Below are positions 18,109 to 33,100 of a stretch of 64,000 bases of DNA, one piece after another (the first letter of the stretch is position 1; each line of letters starts with the position of its first letter). The stretch spans positions 333,436,001 to 333,500,000 of the forward strand of contig OZ024743.1 of assembly GCA_964016885.1 (NCBI GenBank). The letters are read 5' to 3'. The position numbers and the translations under genes are program-made. The notes under the pieces are model-generated. The model saw nothing but the letters and a program-made list of their open reading frames with translations, was not told the origin of the DNA and searched no databases. This stretch comes from Eledone cirrhosa (taxonomy: Eukaryota).

Positions 18109-21100
18109 AGAGTATGGTGCTCCAGCATGGCTGCAGTTTGATGACTGAAACCAGTAAAGAGTATGGTGCTCCAGCATGGCTGCAGTTTGATGACTGAAAC
18201 CAGTAAAGAGTGTAGTGCCCCAGCATGGCTGCAGTTTGATGACTGAAACCAGTAAAGAGTGTGGTGCTCCAGCATGGCTGCAGTTTGATGACTGAAACCA
18301 GTAAAGAGTGTAGTGCCCCAGCATGGCTGCAGTTTGATGACTGAAACCAGTAAAGAGTGTAGTGCCCCAGCATGGCTGCAGTTTGATGACTGAAACCAGT
18401 AAAGAGTGTAGTGCCCCAGCATGGCTGCAGTTTGATGACTGAAACCAGTAAAGAGTGTAGTGCCCCAGCATGGCTGCAGTTTGATGACTGAAACCAGTAA
18501 AGAGTGTGGTGCCCCAGCATGGCTGCAGTTTGATGACTGAAACCAGTAAAGAGTGTAGTGCCCCAGCATGGCTGCAGTTTGATGACTGAAACCAGTAAAG
18601 AGTGTGGTGCTCCAGCATGGCTGCAGTTTGATGACTGAAACCAGTAAAGAGTGTAGTGCCCCAGCATGGCTGCAGTTTGATGACTGAAACCAGTAAAGAG
18701 TGTAGTGCCCCAGCATGGCTGCAGTTTGATGACTGAAACCAGTAAAGAGTGTAGTGCCCCAGCATGGCTGCAGTTTGATGACTGAAACCAGTAAAGAGTG
18801 TAGTGCCCCAGCATGGCTGCAGTTTGATGACTGAAACCAGTAAAGAGTGTGGTGCCCCAGCATGGCTGCAGTTTGATGACTGAAACCAGTAAAGAGTGTA
18901 GTGCCCCAGCATGGCTGCAGTTTGATGACTGAAACCAGTAAAGAGTGTGGTGCCCCAGCATGGCTGCAGTTTGATGACTGAAACCAGTAAAGAGTGTGGT
19001 GCCCCAGCATGGCTGCAGTTTGATGACTGAAACCAGTAAAGAGTGTAGTGCCCCATCATGGCTGCAGTTTGATGACTGAAACCAGTAAAGAGTGTAGTGC
19101 CCCAGCATGGCTGCAGTTTGATGACTGAAACCAGTAAAGAGTGTGGTGCCCCAGCATGGCTGCAGTTTGATGACTGAAACCAGTAAAGAGTGTAGTGCCC
19201 CAGCATGGCTGCAGTTTGATGACTGAAACCAGTAAAGAGTGTAGTGCCCCAGCATGGCTGCAGTTTGATGACTGAAACCAGTAAAGAGTGTGGTGCCCCA
19301 GCATGGCTGCAGTTTGATGACTGAAACCAGTAAAGAGTGTGGTGCTCCAGCATGGCTGCAGTTTAATGACTGAAACCAGTAAAGAGTGTAGTGCCCCATC
19401 ATGGCTGCAGTTTGATGACTGAAACCAGTAAAGAGTGTAGTGCCCCATCATGGCTGCAGTTTGATGACTGAAACCAGTAAAGAGTGTAGTGCCCCATCAT
19501 GGCTGCAGTTTAATGACTGAAACCAGTAAAGAGTGTGGTGCTCCAGCATGGCTGCAGTTTGATGACTGAAACCAGTAAAGAGTGTAGTGCCCCATGATGG
19601 CTGCAGTTTGATGACTGAAACCAGTAAAGAGTGTGGTGCTCCAGCATGGCTGCAGTTTGATGACTGAAACCAGTAAAGAGTGTAGTGCCCCATGATGGCT
19701 GCAGTTTGATGACTGAAACCAGTAAAGAGTGTAGTGCTCCATCATGGCTGCAGTTTGATGACTGAAACCAGTAAAGAGTGTAGTGCCCCAGCATGGCTGC
19801 AGTTTGATGACTGAAACCAGAAAAGAGTGTAGTGCCCCAGCATGGCTGCAGTTTGATGACTGAAACCAGTAAAGAGTGTAGTGCCCCAGCATGGCTGCAG
19901 TTTGATGACTGAAACCAGTAAAGAGTGTGGTGCTCCAGCATGGCTGCAGTTTGATGACTGAAACCAGTAAAGAGTGTAGTGCCCCATCATGGCTGCAGTT
20001 TGATGACTGAAACCAGTAAAGAGTGTAGTGCCCCAGCATGGCTGCAGTTTGATGACTAAAACCAGTAAAGAGTGTAGTGCCCCAGCATGGCTGCAGTTTG
20101 ATGACTGAAACCAGTAAAGAGTGTAGTGCTCCAGCATGGCTGCAGTTTGATGACTGAAACCAGTAAAGAGTGTAGTGCCCCATCATGGCTGCAGTTTGAT
20201 GACTGAAACCAGTAAAGAGTGTGGTGCTCCAGCATGGCTGCAGTTTGATGACTGAAACCAGTAAAGAGTGTAGTGCTCCAGCATGGCTGCAGTTTGATGA
20301 CTGAAACCAGTAAAGAGTGTAGTGCCCCATCATGGCTGCAGTTTGATGACTGAAACCAGTAAAGAGTGTGGTGCCCCAGCATGGCTGCAGTTTGATGACT
20401 GAAACCAGTAAAGAGTGTAGTGCCCCAGCATGGCTGCAGTTTGATGACTGAAACCAGTAAAGAGTGTAGTGCCCCAGCATGGCTGCAGTTTGATGACTGA
20501 AACCAGTAAAGAGTGTAGTGCCCCATCATGGCTGCAGTTTGATGACTGAAACCAGTAAAGAGTGTGGTGCCCCAGCATGGCTGCAGTTTGATGACTGAAA
20601 CCAGTAAAGAGTGTAGTGCCCCAGCATGGCTGCAGTTTGATGACTGAAACCAGTAAAGAGTGTAGTGCCCCAGCATGGCTGCAGTTTGATGACTGAAACC
20701 AGTAAAGAGTGTGGTGCCCCAGCATGGCTGCAGTTTGATGACTGAAACCAGAAAAGAGTGTAGTGCCCCATCATGGCTGCAGTTTGATGACTGAAACCAG
20801 TAAAGAGTGTAGTGCCCCAGCATGGCTGCAGTTTGATGACTGAAACCAGTAAAGAGTGTGGTGCCCCAGCATGGCTGCAGTTTGATGACTGAAACCAGTA
20901 AAGAGTGTGGTGCTCCAGCATGGCTGCAGTTTAATGACTGAAACCAGTAAAGAGTGTGGTGCCCCAGCATGGCTGCAGTTTAATGACTGAAACCAGTAAA
21001 GAGTGTGGTGCCCCAGCATGGCTGCAGTTTGATGACTGAAACCAGTAAAGAGTGTAGTGCCCCAGCATGGCTGCAGTTTGATGACTGAAACCAGTAAAGA

Positions 21101-24100
21101 GTGTGGTGCTCCAGCATGGCTGCAGTTTGATGACTGAAACCAGTAAAGAGTGTAGTGCCCCATCATGGCTGCAGTTTGATGACTGAAACCAGTAAAGAGT
21201 GTAGTGCCCCAGCATGGCTGCAGTTTGATGACTGAAACCAGTAAAGAGTGTGGTGCCCCATCATGGCTGCAATTTGATGACTGAAACCAGTAAAGAGTGT
21301 AGTGCCCCATCATGGCTGCAGTTTGATGACTGAAACCAGTAAAGAGTGTAGTGCCCCATCATGGCTGCAGTTTGATGACTGAAACCAGTAAAGAGTGTAG
21401 TGCCCCAGCATGGCTGCAGTTTGATGACTGAAACCAGTAAAGAGTGTAGTGCCCCATCATGGCTGCAGTTTGATGACTGAAACCAGTAAAGAGTGTAGTG
21501 CCCCATCATGGCTGCAGTTTGATGACTGAAACCAGTAAAGAGTGTAGTGCCCCATCATGGCTGCAGTTTGATGACTGAAACCAGTAAAGAGTGTGGTGCT
21601 CCAGCATGGCTGCAGTTTGATGACTGAAACCAGTAAAGAGTGTAGTGCCCCATCATGGCTGCAGTTTGATGACTGAAACCAGTAAAGAGTGTGGTGCTCC
21701 AGCATGGCTGCAGTTTGATGACTGAAACCAGTAAAGAGTGTGGTGCTCCAGCATGGCTGCAGTTTGATGACTGAAACCAGTAAAGAGTGTAGTGCCCCAT
21801 CATGGCTGCAGTTTGATGACTGAAACCAGTAAAGAGTGTGGTGATCCAGCATGGCTGCAGTTTGATGACTGAAACCAGTAAAGAGTGTAGTGCCCCATCA
21901 TGGCTGCAGTTTGATGACTGAAACCAGTAAAGAGTGTGGTGCTCCAGCATGGCTGCAGTTTGATGACTGAAACCAGTAAAGAGTGTGGTGCTCCAGCATG
22001 GCTGCAGTTTGATGACTGAAACCAGTAAAGAGTGTAGTGCCCCATCATGGCTGCAGTTTGATGACTGAAACCAGTAAAGAGTGTGGTGCTCCAGCATGGC
22101 TGCAGTTTAATGACTGAAACCAGTAAAGAGTGTGGTGCTCCAGCATGGCTGCAGTTTGATGACTGAAACCAGTAAAGAGTGTAGTGCCCCATCATGGCTG
22201 CAGTTTGATGACTGAAACCAGTAAAGAGTGTAGTGCCCCAGCATGGCTGCAGTTTGATGACTGAAACCAGTAAAGAGTGTGGTGCCCCAGCATGGCTGCA
22301 GTTTGATGACTGAAACCAGTAAAGAGTGTGGTGCTCCAGCATGGCTGCAGTTTGATGACTGAAACCAGTAAAGAGTGTAGTGCCCCATCATGGCTGCAGT
22401 TTGATGACTGAAACCAGTAAAGAGTGTGGTGCTCCAGCATGGCTGCAGTTTGATGACTGAAACCAGTAAAGAGTGTGGTGCTCCAGCATGGCTGCAGTTT
22501 GATGACTGAAACCAGAAAAGAGTGTAGTGCCCCAGCATGGCTGCAGTTTGATGACTGAAACCAGTAAAGAGTGTGGTGCCCCAGCATGGCTGCAGTTTGA
22601 TGACTGAAACCAGTAAAGAGTGTGGTGCTCCAGCATGGCTGCAGTTTGATGACTGTAACCAGTAAAGAGTGTGGTGCTCCAGCATGGCTGCAGTTTGATG
22701 ACTGAAACCAGTAAAGAGTGTAGTGCCCCATCATGGCTGCAGTTTGATGACTGAAACTAGTAAAGAGTGTGGTGCTCCAGCATGGCTGCAGTTTGATGAC
22801 TGAAACCAGTAAAGAGTGTAGTGCTCCAGCATGGCTGCAGTTTGATGACTGAAACCAGTAAAGAGTGTAGTGCCCCATCATGGCTGTAGTTTGATGACTG
22901 AAACCAGTAAAGAGTGTAGTGCCCCAGCATGGCTGCAGTTTGATGACTGAAACCAGTAAAGAGTGTAGTGCCCCAGCATGGCTGCAGTTTGATGACTGAA
23001 ACCAGTAAAGAGTGTAGTGCCCCAGCATGGCTGCAGTTTGATGACTGAAACCAGTAAAGAGTGTAGTGCCCCAGCATGGCTGCAGTTTGATGACTGAAAC
23101 CAGTAAAGAGTGTAGTGCCCCATCATGGCTGCAGTTTGATGACTGAAACCAGTAAAGAGTGTAGTGCCCCATCATGGCTGCAGTTTGATGACTGAAACCA
23201 GTAAAGAGTGTGGTGCTCCAGCATGGCTGCAGTTTGATGACTGAAACCAGTAAAGAGTGTAGTGCCCCATCATGGCTGCAGTTTGATGACTGAAACCAGT
23301 AAAGAGTGTAGTGCCCCAGCATAGCTGCAGTTTAATGACTGAAACCAGTAAAGAGTGTAGTGCCCCAGCATGGCTGCAGTTTGATGACTGAAACCAGTAA
23401 AGAGTGTGGTGCTCCAGCATGGCTGCAGTTTGATGACTGAAACCAGTAAAGAGTGTAGTGCCCCATCATGGCTGCAGTTTCATGACTGAAACCAGTAAAG
23501 AGTGTGGTGCTCCAGCATGGCTGCAGTTTGATGACTGAAACCAGTAAAGAGTGTGGTGCTCCAGCATGGCTGCAGTTTGATGACTGAAACCAGAAAAGAG
23601 TGTAGTGCCCCAGCATGGCTGCAGTTTGATGACTGAAACCAGTAAAGAGTGTGGTGCCCCAGCATGGCTGCAGTTTGATGACTGAAACCAGTAAAGAGTG
23701 TGGTGCTCCAGCATGGCTGCAGTTTGATGACTGTAACCAGTAAAGAGTGTGGTGCTCCAGCATGGCTGCAGTTTGATGACTGAAACCAGTAAAGAGTGTA
23801 GTGCCCCATCATGGCTGCAGTTTGATGACTGAAACCAGTAAAGAGTGTGGTGCTCCAGCATGGCTGCAGTTTGATGACTGAAACCAGTAAAGAGTGTAGT
23901 GCTCCAGCATGGCTGCAGTTTGATGACTGAAACCAGTAAAGAGTGTAGTGCCCCATCATGGCTGCAGTTTGATGACTGAAACCAGTAAAGAGTGTAGTGC
24001 CCCAGCATGGCTGCAGTTTGATGACTGAAACCAGTAAAGAGTGTAGTGCCCCAGCATGGCTGCAGTTTGATGACTGAAACCAGTAAAGAGTGTAGTGCCC

Positions 24101-27100
24101 CAGCATGGCTGCAGTTTGATGACTGAAACCAGTAAAGAGTGTAGTGCCCCAGCATGGCTGCAGTTTGATGACTGAAACCAGTAAAGAGTGTAGTGCCCCA
24201 TCATGGCTGCAGTTTGATGACTGAAACCAATAAAGAGTGTAGTGCCCCATCATGGCTGCAGTTTGATGACTGAAACCAGTAAAGAGTGTGGTGCTCCAGC
24301 ATGGCTGCAGTTTGATGACTGAAACCAGTAAAGAGTGTAGTGCCCCATCATGGCTGCAGTTTGATGACTGAAACCAGTAAAGAGTGTAGTGCCCCAGCAT
24401 GGCTGCAGTTTGATGACTGAAATCAGTAAAGAGTGTAGTGCCCCAGCATAGCTGCAGTTTAATGACTGAAACCAGTAAAGAGTGTAGTGCCCCAGCATGG
24501 CTGCAGTTTGATGACTGAAACCAGTAAAGAGTGTGGTGCTCCAGCATGGCTGCAGTTTGATGACTGAAACCAGTAAAGAGTGTGGTGCTCCAGCATGGCT
24601 GCAGTTTGATGACTGAAACCAGTAAAGAGTGTAGTGCCCCATCATGGCTGCAGTTTGATGACTGAAACCAGTAAAGAGTGTAGTGCCCCATCATGGCTGC
24701 AGTTTGATGACTGAAACCAGTAAAGAGTGTAGTGCCCCAGCATGGCTGCAGTTTGATGACTGAAACCAGTAAAGAATGTGGTGCCCCAGCATGGCTGCAG
24801 TTTGATGACTGAAACCAGTAAAGAGTGTAGTGCCCCAGCATGGCTGCAGTTTAATGACTGAAACCAGTAAAGAGTGTAGTGCCCCAGCATGGCTGCAGTT
24901 TGATGACTGAAACCAGTAAAGAGTGTGGTGCTCCAGCCTGGCTGCAGTTTGATGACTGAAACCAGTAAAGAGTGTAGTGCCCCATCATGGCTGCAGTTTG
25001 ATGACTGAAAGCAGTAAAGAGTGTAGTGCCCCAGCATGGCTGCAGTTTGATGACTGAAACCAGTAAAGAGTGTGGTGCTCCAGCATGGCTGCAGTTTGAT
25101 GACTGAAACCAGTAAAGAGTGTAGTGCCCCAGCATGGCTGCAGTTTGATGACTGAAACCAGTAAAGAGTGTAGTGCCCCAGCATGGCTGCAGTTTGATGA
25201 CTGAAACCAGTAAAGAGTGTGGTGCTCCAGCATGGCTGCAGTTTGATGACTGAAACAAGTAAAGAGTGTAGTGCCCCAGCATGGCTGCAGTTTGATGACT
25301 GAAACCAGTAAAGAGTGTGGTGCTCCAGCATGGCTGCAGTTTGATGACTGAAACCAGTAAAGAGTGTAGTGCCCCAGCATGGCTGCAGTTTAATGACTGA
25401 AACCAGTAAAGAGTGTAGTGCCCCATCATGGCTGCAGTTTGATGACTGAAACCAGTAAAGAGTGTGGTGCCCCAGCATGGCTGCAGTTTGATGACTGAAA
25501 CCAGTAAAGAGTGTAGTGCCCCATCATGGCTGCAGTTTGATGACTGAAACCAGTAAAGAGTGTAGTGCCCCATCATGGCTGCAGTTTGATGACTGAAACC
25601 AGTAAAGAGTGTAGTGCCCCATCATGGCTGCAGTTTGATGACTGAAACCAGTAAAGAGTGTAGTGCCCCATCATGGCTGCAGTTTGATGACTGAAACCAG
25701 TAAAGAGTGTGGTGCCCCAGCATGGCTGCAGTTTAATGACTGAAACCAGTAAAGAGTGTAGTGCCCCATCATGGCTGCAGTTTGATGACTGAAACCAGTA
25801 AAGAGTTTAGTGCCCCATCATGGCTGCAGTTTGATGACTGAAACCAGTAAAGAGTGTAGTGCCCCATCATGGCTGCAGTTTGATGACTGAAACCAGTAAA
25901 GAGTGTAGTGCCCCATCATGGCTGCAGTTTGATGACTGAAACCAGTAAAGAGTGTGGTGCCCCAGCATGGCTGCAGTTTAATGACTGAAACCAGTAAAGA
26001 GTGTAGTGCCCCATCATGGCTGCAGTTTGATGACTGAAACCAGTAAAGAGTTTAGTGCCCCATCATGGCTGCAGTTTGATGACTGAAACCAGTAAAGAGT
26101 GTAGTGCCCCATCATGGCTGCAGTTTGATGACTGAAACCAGTAAAGAGTGTAGTGCCCCATCATGGCTGCAGTTTGATGACTGAAACCAGTAAAGAGTGT
26201 AGTGCCCCATCATGGCTGCAGTTTGATGACTGAAACCAGTAAAGAGTGTAGTGCCCCATCATGGCTGCAGTTTGATGACTGAAACCAGTAAAGAGTGTAG
26301 TGCCCCATCATGGCTGCAGTTTGATGACTGAAACCAGTAAAGAGTGTAGTGCCCCAGCATGGCTGCAGTTTGATGACTGAAACCAGTAAAGAGTTTAGTG
26401 CCCCATCATGGCTGCAGTTTGATGACTGAAACCAGTAAAGAGTGTAGTGCCCCATCATGGCTGCAGTTTGATGACTGAAACCAGTAAAGAGTGTGGTGCC
26501 CCAGCATGGCTGCAGTTTAATGACTGAAACCAGTAAAGAGTGTAGTGCCCCATCATGGCTGCAGTTTGATGACTGAAACCAGTAAAGAGTTTAGTGCCCC
26601 ATCATGGCTGCAGTTTGATGACTGAAACCAGTAAAGAGTGTAGTGCCCCATCATGGCTGCAGTTTGATGACTGAAACCAGTAAAGAGTGTAGTGCCCCAT
26701 CATGGCTGCAGTTTGATGACTGGAACCAGTAAAGAGTGTAGTGCCCCATCATGGCTGCAGTTTGATGACTGAAACCAGTAAAGAGTGTGGTGCCCCAGCA
26801 TGGCTGCAGTTTAATGACTGAAACCAGTAAAGAGTGTATTGCCCCATCATGGCTGCAGTTTGATGACTGAAACCAGTAAAGAGTTTAGTGCCCCATCATG
26901 GCTGCAGTTTGATGACTGAAACCAGTAAAGAGTGTAGTGCCCCATCATGGCTGCAGTTTGATGACTGAAACCAGTAAAGAGTGTAGTGCCCCAGCATGGC
27001 TGCAGTTTGATGACTGAAACCAGTAAAGAGTGTAGTGCCCCAGCATGGCTGCAGTTTGATGACTGAAACCAGTAAAGAGTGTAGTGCCCCATCATGGCTG

Positions 27101-30100
27101 CAGTTTGATGACTGAAACCAGTAAAGAGTGTAGTGCCCCATCATGGCTGCAGTTTGATGACTGAAACCAGTAAAGAGTGTAGTGCCCCAGCATGGCTGCA
27201 GTTTGATGACTGAAACCAGTAAAGAGTGTGGTGCCCCATCATGGCTGCAGTTTAATGACTGAAACCAGTAAAGAGTGTAGTGCCCCAGCATGGCTGCAGT
27301 TTGATGACTGAAACCAGTAAAGAGTGTGGTGCCCCAGCATGGCTGCAGTTTGATGACTGAAACCAGTAAAGAGTGTAGTGCCCCATCATGGCTGCAGTTT
27401 GATGACTGAAACCAGTAAAGAGTGTAGTGCCCCATCATGGCTGCAGTTTGATGACTGAAACCAGTAAAGAGTGTAGTGCCCCAGCATGGCTGCAGTTTGA
27501 CGACTGAAACCAGTAAAGAGTGTAGTGCCCCATCATGGCTGCAGTTTGATGACTGAAACCAGTAAAGAGTGTAGTGCCCCATCATGGCTGCAGTTTGATG
27601 ACTGAAACCAGTAAAGAGTGTAGTGCCCCAGCATGGCTGCAGTTTGATGACTGAAACCAGTAAAGAGTGTAGTGCCCCAGCATGGCTGCAGTTTGATGAC
27701 TGAAACCAGTAAAGAGTGTAGTGCCCCATCATGGCTGCAGTTTGATGACTGAAACCAGTAAAGAGTGTAGTGCCCCATCATGGCTGCAGTTTGATGACTG
27801 AAACCAGTAAAGAGTGTAGTGCCCCAGCATGGCTGCAGTTTGATGACTGAAACCAGTAAAGAGTGTGGTGCCCCATCATGGCTGCAGTTTAATGACTGAA
27901 ACCAGTAAAGAGTGTAGTGCCCCAGCATGGCTGCAGTTTGATGACTGAAACCAGTAAAGAGTGTGGTGCCCCAGCATGGCTGCAGTTTGATGACTGAAAC
28001 CAGTAAAGAGTGTAGTGCCCCATCATGGCTGCAGTTTGATGACTGAAACCAGTAAAGAGTGTAGTGCCCCATCATGGCTGCAGTTTGATGACTGAAACCA
28101 GTAAAGAGTGTAGTGCCCCAGCATGGCTGCAGTTTGACGACTGAAACCAGTAAAGAGTGTAGTGCCCCATCATGGCTGCAGTTTGATGACTGAAACCAGT
28201 AAAGAGTGTAGTGCCCCATCATGGCTGCAGTTTGATGACTGAAACCAGTAAAGAGTGTAGTGCCCCAGCATGGCTGCAGTTTGACGACTGAAACCAGTAA
28301 AGAGTGTAGTGCCCCATCATGGCTGCAGTTTGATGACTGAAACCAGTAAAGAGTGTGGTGCCCCATCATGGCTGCAGTTTAATGACTGAAACCAGTAAAG
28401 AGTGTAGTGCCCCATCATGGCTGCAGTTTGATGACTGAAACCAGTAAAGAGTGTAGTGCCCCAGCATAGCTGCAGTTTAATGACTGAAACCAGTAAAGAG
28501 TGTAGTGCCCCAGCATGGCTGCAGTTTGATGACTGAAACCAGTAAAGAGTGTGGTGCTCCAGCATGGCTGCAGTTTGATGACTGAAACCAGTAAAGAGTG
28601 TAGTGCCCCATCATGGCTGCAGTTTGATGACTGAAACCAGTAAAGAGTGTGGTGCTCCAGCATGGCTGCAGTTTGATGACTGAAACCAGTAAAGAGTGTG
28701 GTGCTCCAGCATGGCTGCAGTTTGATGACTGAAACCAGAAAAGAGTGTAGTGCCCCAGCATGGCTGCAGTTTGATGACTGAAACCAGTAAAGAGTGTGGT
28801 GCCCCAGCATGGCTGCAGTTTGATGACTGAAACCAGTAAAGAGTGTGGTGCTCCAGCATGGCTGCAGTTTGATGACTGTAACCAGTAAAGAGTGTGGTGC
28901 CCCAGCATGGCTGCAGTTTGATGACTGAAACCAGTAAAGAGTGTAGTGCCCCATCATGGCTGCAGTTTGATGACTGAAACCAGTAAAGAGTGTAGTGCCC
29001 CATCATGGCTGCAGTTTGATGACTGAAACCAGTAAAGAGTGTAGTGCCCCAGCATGGCTGCAGTTTGATGACTGAAACCAGTAAAGAGTGTGGTGCCCCA
29101 TCATGGCTGCAGTTTAATGACTGAAACCAGTAAAGAGTGTAGTGCCCCAGCATGGCTGCAGTTTGATGACTGAAACCAGTAAAGAGTGTGGTGCCCCAGC
29201 ATGGCTGCAGTTTGATGACTGAAACCAGTAAAGAGTGTAGTGCCCCATCATGGCTGCAGTTTGATGACTGAAACCAGTAAAGAGTGTAGTGCCCCATCAT
29301 GGCTGCAGTTTGATGACTGAAACCAGTAAAGAGTGTAGTGCCCCAGCATGGCTGCAGTTTGACGACTGAAACCAGTAAAGAGTGTAGTGCCCCATCATGG
29401 CTGCAGTTTGATGACTGAAACCAGTAAAGAGTGTAGTGCCCCATCATGGCTGCAGTTTGATGACTGAAACCAGTAAAGAGTGTAGTGCCCCAGCATGGCT
29501 GCAGTTTGACGACTGAAACCAGTAAAGAGTGTAGTGCCCCATCATGGCTGCAGTTTGATGACTGAAACCAGTAAAGAGTGTGGTGCCCCATCATGGCTGC
29601 AGTTTAATGACTGAAACCAGTAAAGAGTGTAGTGCCCCATCATGGCTGCAGTTTGATGACTGAAACCAGTAAAGAGTGTAGTGCCCCAGCATAGCTGCAG
29701 TTTAATGACTGAAACCAGTAAAGAGTGTAGTGCCCCAGCATGGCTGCAGTTTGATGACTGAAACCAGTAAAGAGTGTGGTGCTCCAGCATGGCTGCAGTT
29801 TGATGACTGAAACCAGTAAAGAGTGTAGTGCCCCATCATGGCTGCAGTTTGATGACTGAAACCAGTAAAGAGTGTGGTGCTCCAGCATGGCTGCAGTTTG
29901 ATGACTGAAACCAGTAAAGAGTGTGGTGCTCCAGCATGGCTGCAGTTTGATGACTGAAACCAGAAAAGAGTGTAGTGCCCCAGCATGGCTGCAGTTTGAT
30001 GACTGAAACCAGTAAAGAGTGTGGTGCCCCAGCATGGCTGCAGTTTGATGACTGAAACCAGTAAAGAGTGTGGTGCTCCAGCATGGCTGCAGTTTGATGA

Positions 30101-33100
30101 CTGTAACCAGTAAAGAGTGTGGTGCTCCAGCATGGCTGCAGTTTGATGACTGAAACCAGTAAAGAGTGTAGTGCCCCATCATGGCTGCAGTTTGATGACT
30201 GAAACCAGTAAAGAGTGTGGTGCTCCAGCATGGCTGCAGTTTGATGACTGAAACCAGTAAAGAGTGTAGTGCTCCAGCATGGCTGCAGTTTGATGACTGA
30301 AACCAGTAAAGAGTGTAGTGCCCCATCATGGCTGCAGTTTGATGACTGAAACCAGTAAAGAGTGTAGTGCCCCAGCATGGCTGCAGTTTGATGACTGAAA
30401 CCAGTAAAGAGTGTAGTGCCCCAGCATGGCTGCAGTTTGATGACTGAAACCAGTAAAGAGTGTAGTGCCCCAGCATGGCTGCAGTTTGATGACTGAAACC
30501 AGTAAAGAGTGTAGTGCCCCAGCATGGCTGCAGTTTGATGACTGAAACCAGTAAAGAGTGTAGTGCCCCATCATGGCTGCAGTTTGATGACTGAAACCAA
30601 TAAAGAGTGTAGTGCCCCATCATGGCTGCAGTTTGATGACTGAAACCAGTAAAGAGTGTGGTGCTCCAGCATGGCTGCAGTTTGATGACTGAAACCAGTA
30701 AAGAGTGTAGTGCCCCATCATGGCTGCAGTTTGATGACTGAAACCAGTAAAGAGTGTAGTGCCCCAGCATGGCTGCAGTTTGATGACTGAAATCAGTAAA
30801 GAGTGTAGTGCCCCAGCATAGCTGCAGTTTAATGACTGAAACCAGTAAAGAGTGTAGTGCCCCAGCATGGCTGCAGTTTGATGACTGAAACCAGTAAAGA
30901 GTGTGGTGCTCCAGCATGGCTGCAGTTTGATGACTGAAACCAGTAAAGAGTGTGGTGCTCCAGCATGGCTGCAGTTTGATGACTGAAACCAGTAAAGAGT
31001 GTAGTGCCCCATCATGGCTGCAGTTTGATGACTGAAACCAGTAAAGAGTGTAGTGCCCCAGCATGGCTGCAGTTTGATGACTGAAACCAGTAAAGAGTGT
31101 AGTGCCCCATCATGGCTGCAGTTTGATGACTGAAACCAGTAAAGAGTGTAGTGCCCCAGCATGGCTGCAGTTTGATGACTGAAACCAGTAAAGAGTGTGG
31201 TGCCCCAGCATGGCTGCAGTTTGATGATTGAAACCAGTAAAGAGTGTAGTGCTCCAGCATGGCTGCAGTTTGATGACTGAAACCAGTAAAGAGTGTAGTG
31301 CCCCATCATGGCTGCAGTTTGATGACTGAAACCAGTAAAGAGTGTAGTGCCCCAGCATGGCTGCAGTTTGATGACTGAAACCAGTAAAGAATGTGGTGCC
31401 CCAGCATGGCTGCAGTTTGATGACTGAAACCAGTAAAGAGTGTAGTGCCCCAGCATGGCTGCAGTTTAATGACTGAAACCAGTAAAGAGTGTAGTGCCCC
31501 AGCATGGCTGCAGTTTGATGACTGAAACCAGTAAAGAGTGTGGTGCTCCAGCCTGGCTGCAGTTTGATGACTGAAACCAGTAAAGAGTGTAGTGCCCCAT
31601 CATGGCTGCAGTTTGATGACTGAAACCAGTAAAGAGTGTAGTGCCCCAGCATGGCTGCAGTTTGATGACTGAAACCAGTAAAGAGTGTGGTGCTCCAGCA
31701 TGGCTGCAGTTTGATGACTGAAACCAGTAAAGAGTGTAGTGCCCCAGCATGGCTGCAGTTTGATGACTGAAACCAGTAAAGAGTGTAGTGCCCCAGCATG
31801 GCTGCAGTTTGATGACTGAAACCAGTAAAGAGTGTGGTGCTCCAGCATGGCTGCAGTTTGATGACTGAAACAAGTAAAGAGTGTAGTGCCCCAGCATGGC
31901 TGCAGTTTGATGACTGAAACCAGTAAAGAGTGTGGTGCTCCAGCATGGCTGCAGTTTGATGACTGAAACCAGTAAAGAGTGTAGTGCCCCAGCATGGCTG
32001 CAGTTTAATGACTGAAACCAGTAAAGAGTGTAGTGCCCCATCATGGCTGCAGTTTGATGACTGAAACCAGTAAAGAGTGTGGTGCCCCAGCATGGCTGCA
32101 GTTTGATGACTGAAACCAGTAAAGAGTGTAGTGCCCCATCATGGCTGCAGTTTGATGACTGAAACCAGTAAAGAGTGTAGTGCCCCATCATGGCTGCAGT
32201 TTGATGACTGAAACCAGTAAAGAGTGTAGTGCCCCATCATGGCTGCAGTTTGATGACTGAAACCAGTAAAGAGTGTAGTGCCCCATCATGGCTGCAGTTT
32301 GATGACTGAAACCAGTAAAGAGTGTGGTGCCCCAGCATGGCTGCAGTTTAATGACTGAAACCAGTAAAGAGTGTAGTGCCCCATCATGGCTGCAGTTTGA
32401 TGACTGAAACCAGTAAAGAGTTTAGTGCCCCATCATGGCTGCAGTTTGATGACTGAAACCAGTAAAGAGTGTAGTGCCCCATCATGGCTGCAGTTTGATG
32501 ACTGAAACCAGTAAAGAGTGTAGTGCCCCATCATGGCTGCAGTTTGATGACTGAAACCAGTAAAGAGTGTGGTGCCCCAGCATGGCTGCAGTTTAATGAC
32601 TGAAACCAGTAAAGAGTGTAGTGCCCCATCATGGCTGCAGTTTGATGACTGAAACCAGTAAAGAGTTTAGTGCCCCATCATGGCTGCAGTTTGATGACTG
32701 AAACCAGTAAAGAGTGTAGTGCCCCATCATGGCTGCAGTTTGATGACTGAAACCAGTAAAGAGTGTAGTGCCCCATCATGGCTGCAGTTTGATGACTGAA
32801 ACCAGTAAAGAGTGTAGTGCCCCATCATGGCTGCAGTTTGATGACTGAAACCAGTAAAGAGTGTAGTGCCCCATCATGGCTGCAGTTTGATGACTGAAAC
32901 CAGTAAAGAGTGTAGTGCCCCATCATGGCTGCAGTTTGATGACTGAAACCAGTAAAGAGTGTAGTGCCCCAGCATGGCTGCAGTTTGATGACTGAAACCA
33001 GTAAAGAGTTTAGTGCCCCATCATGGCTGCAGTTTGATGACTGAAACCAGTAAAGAGTGTAGTGCCCCATCATGGCTGCAGTTTGATGACTGAAACCAGT

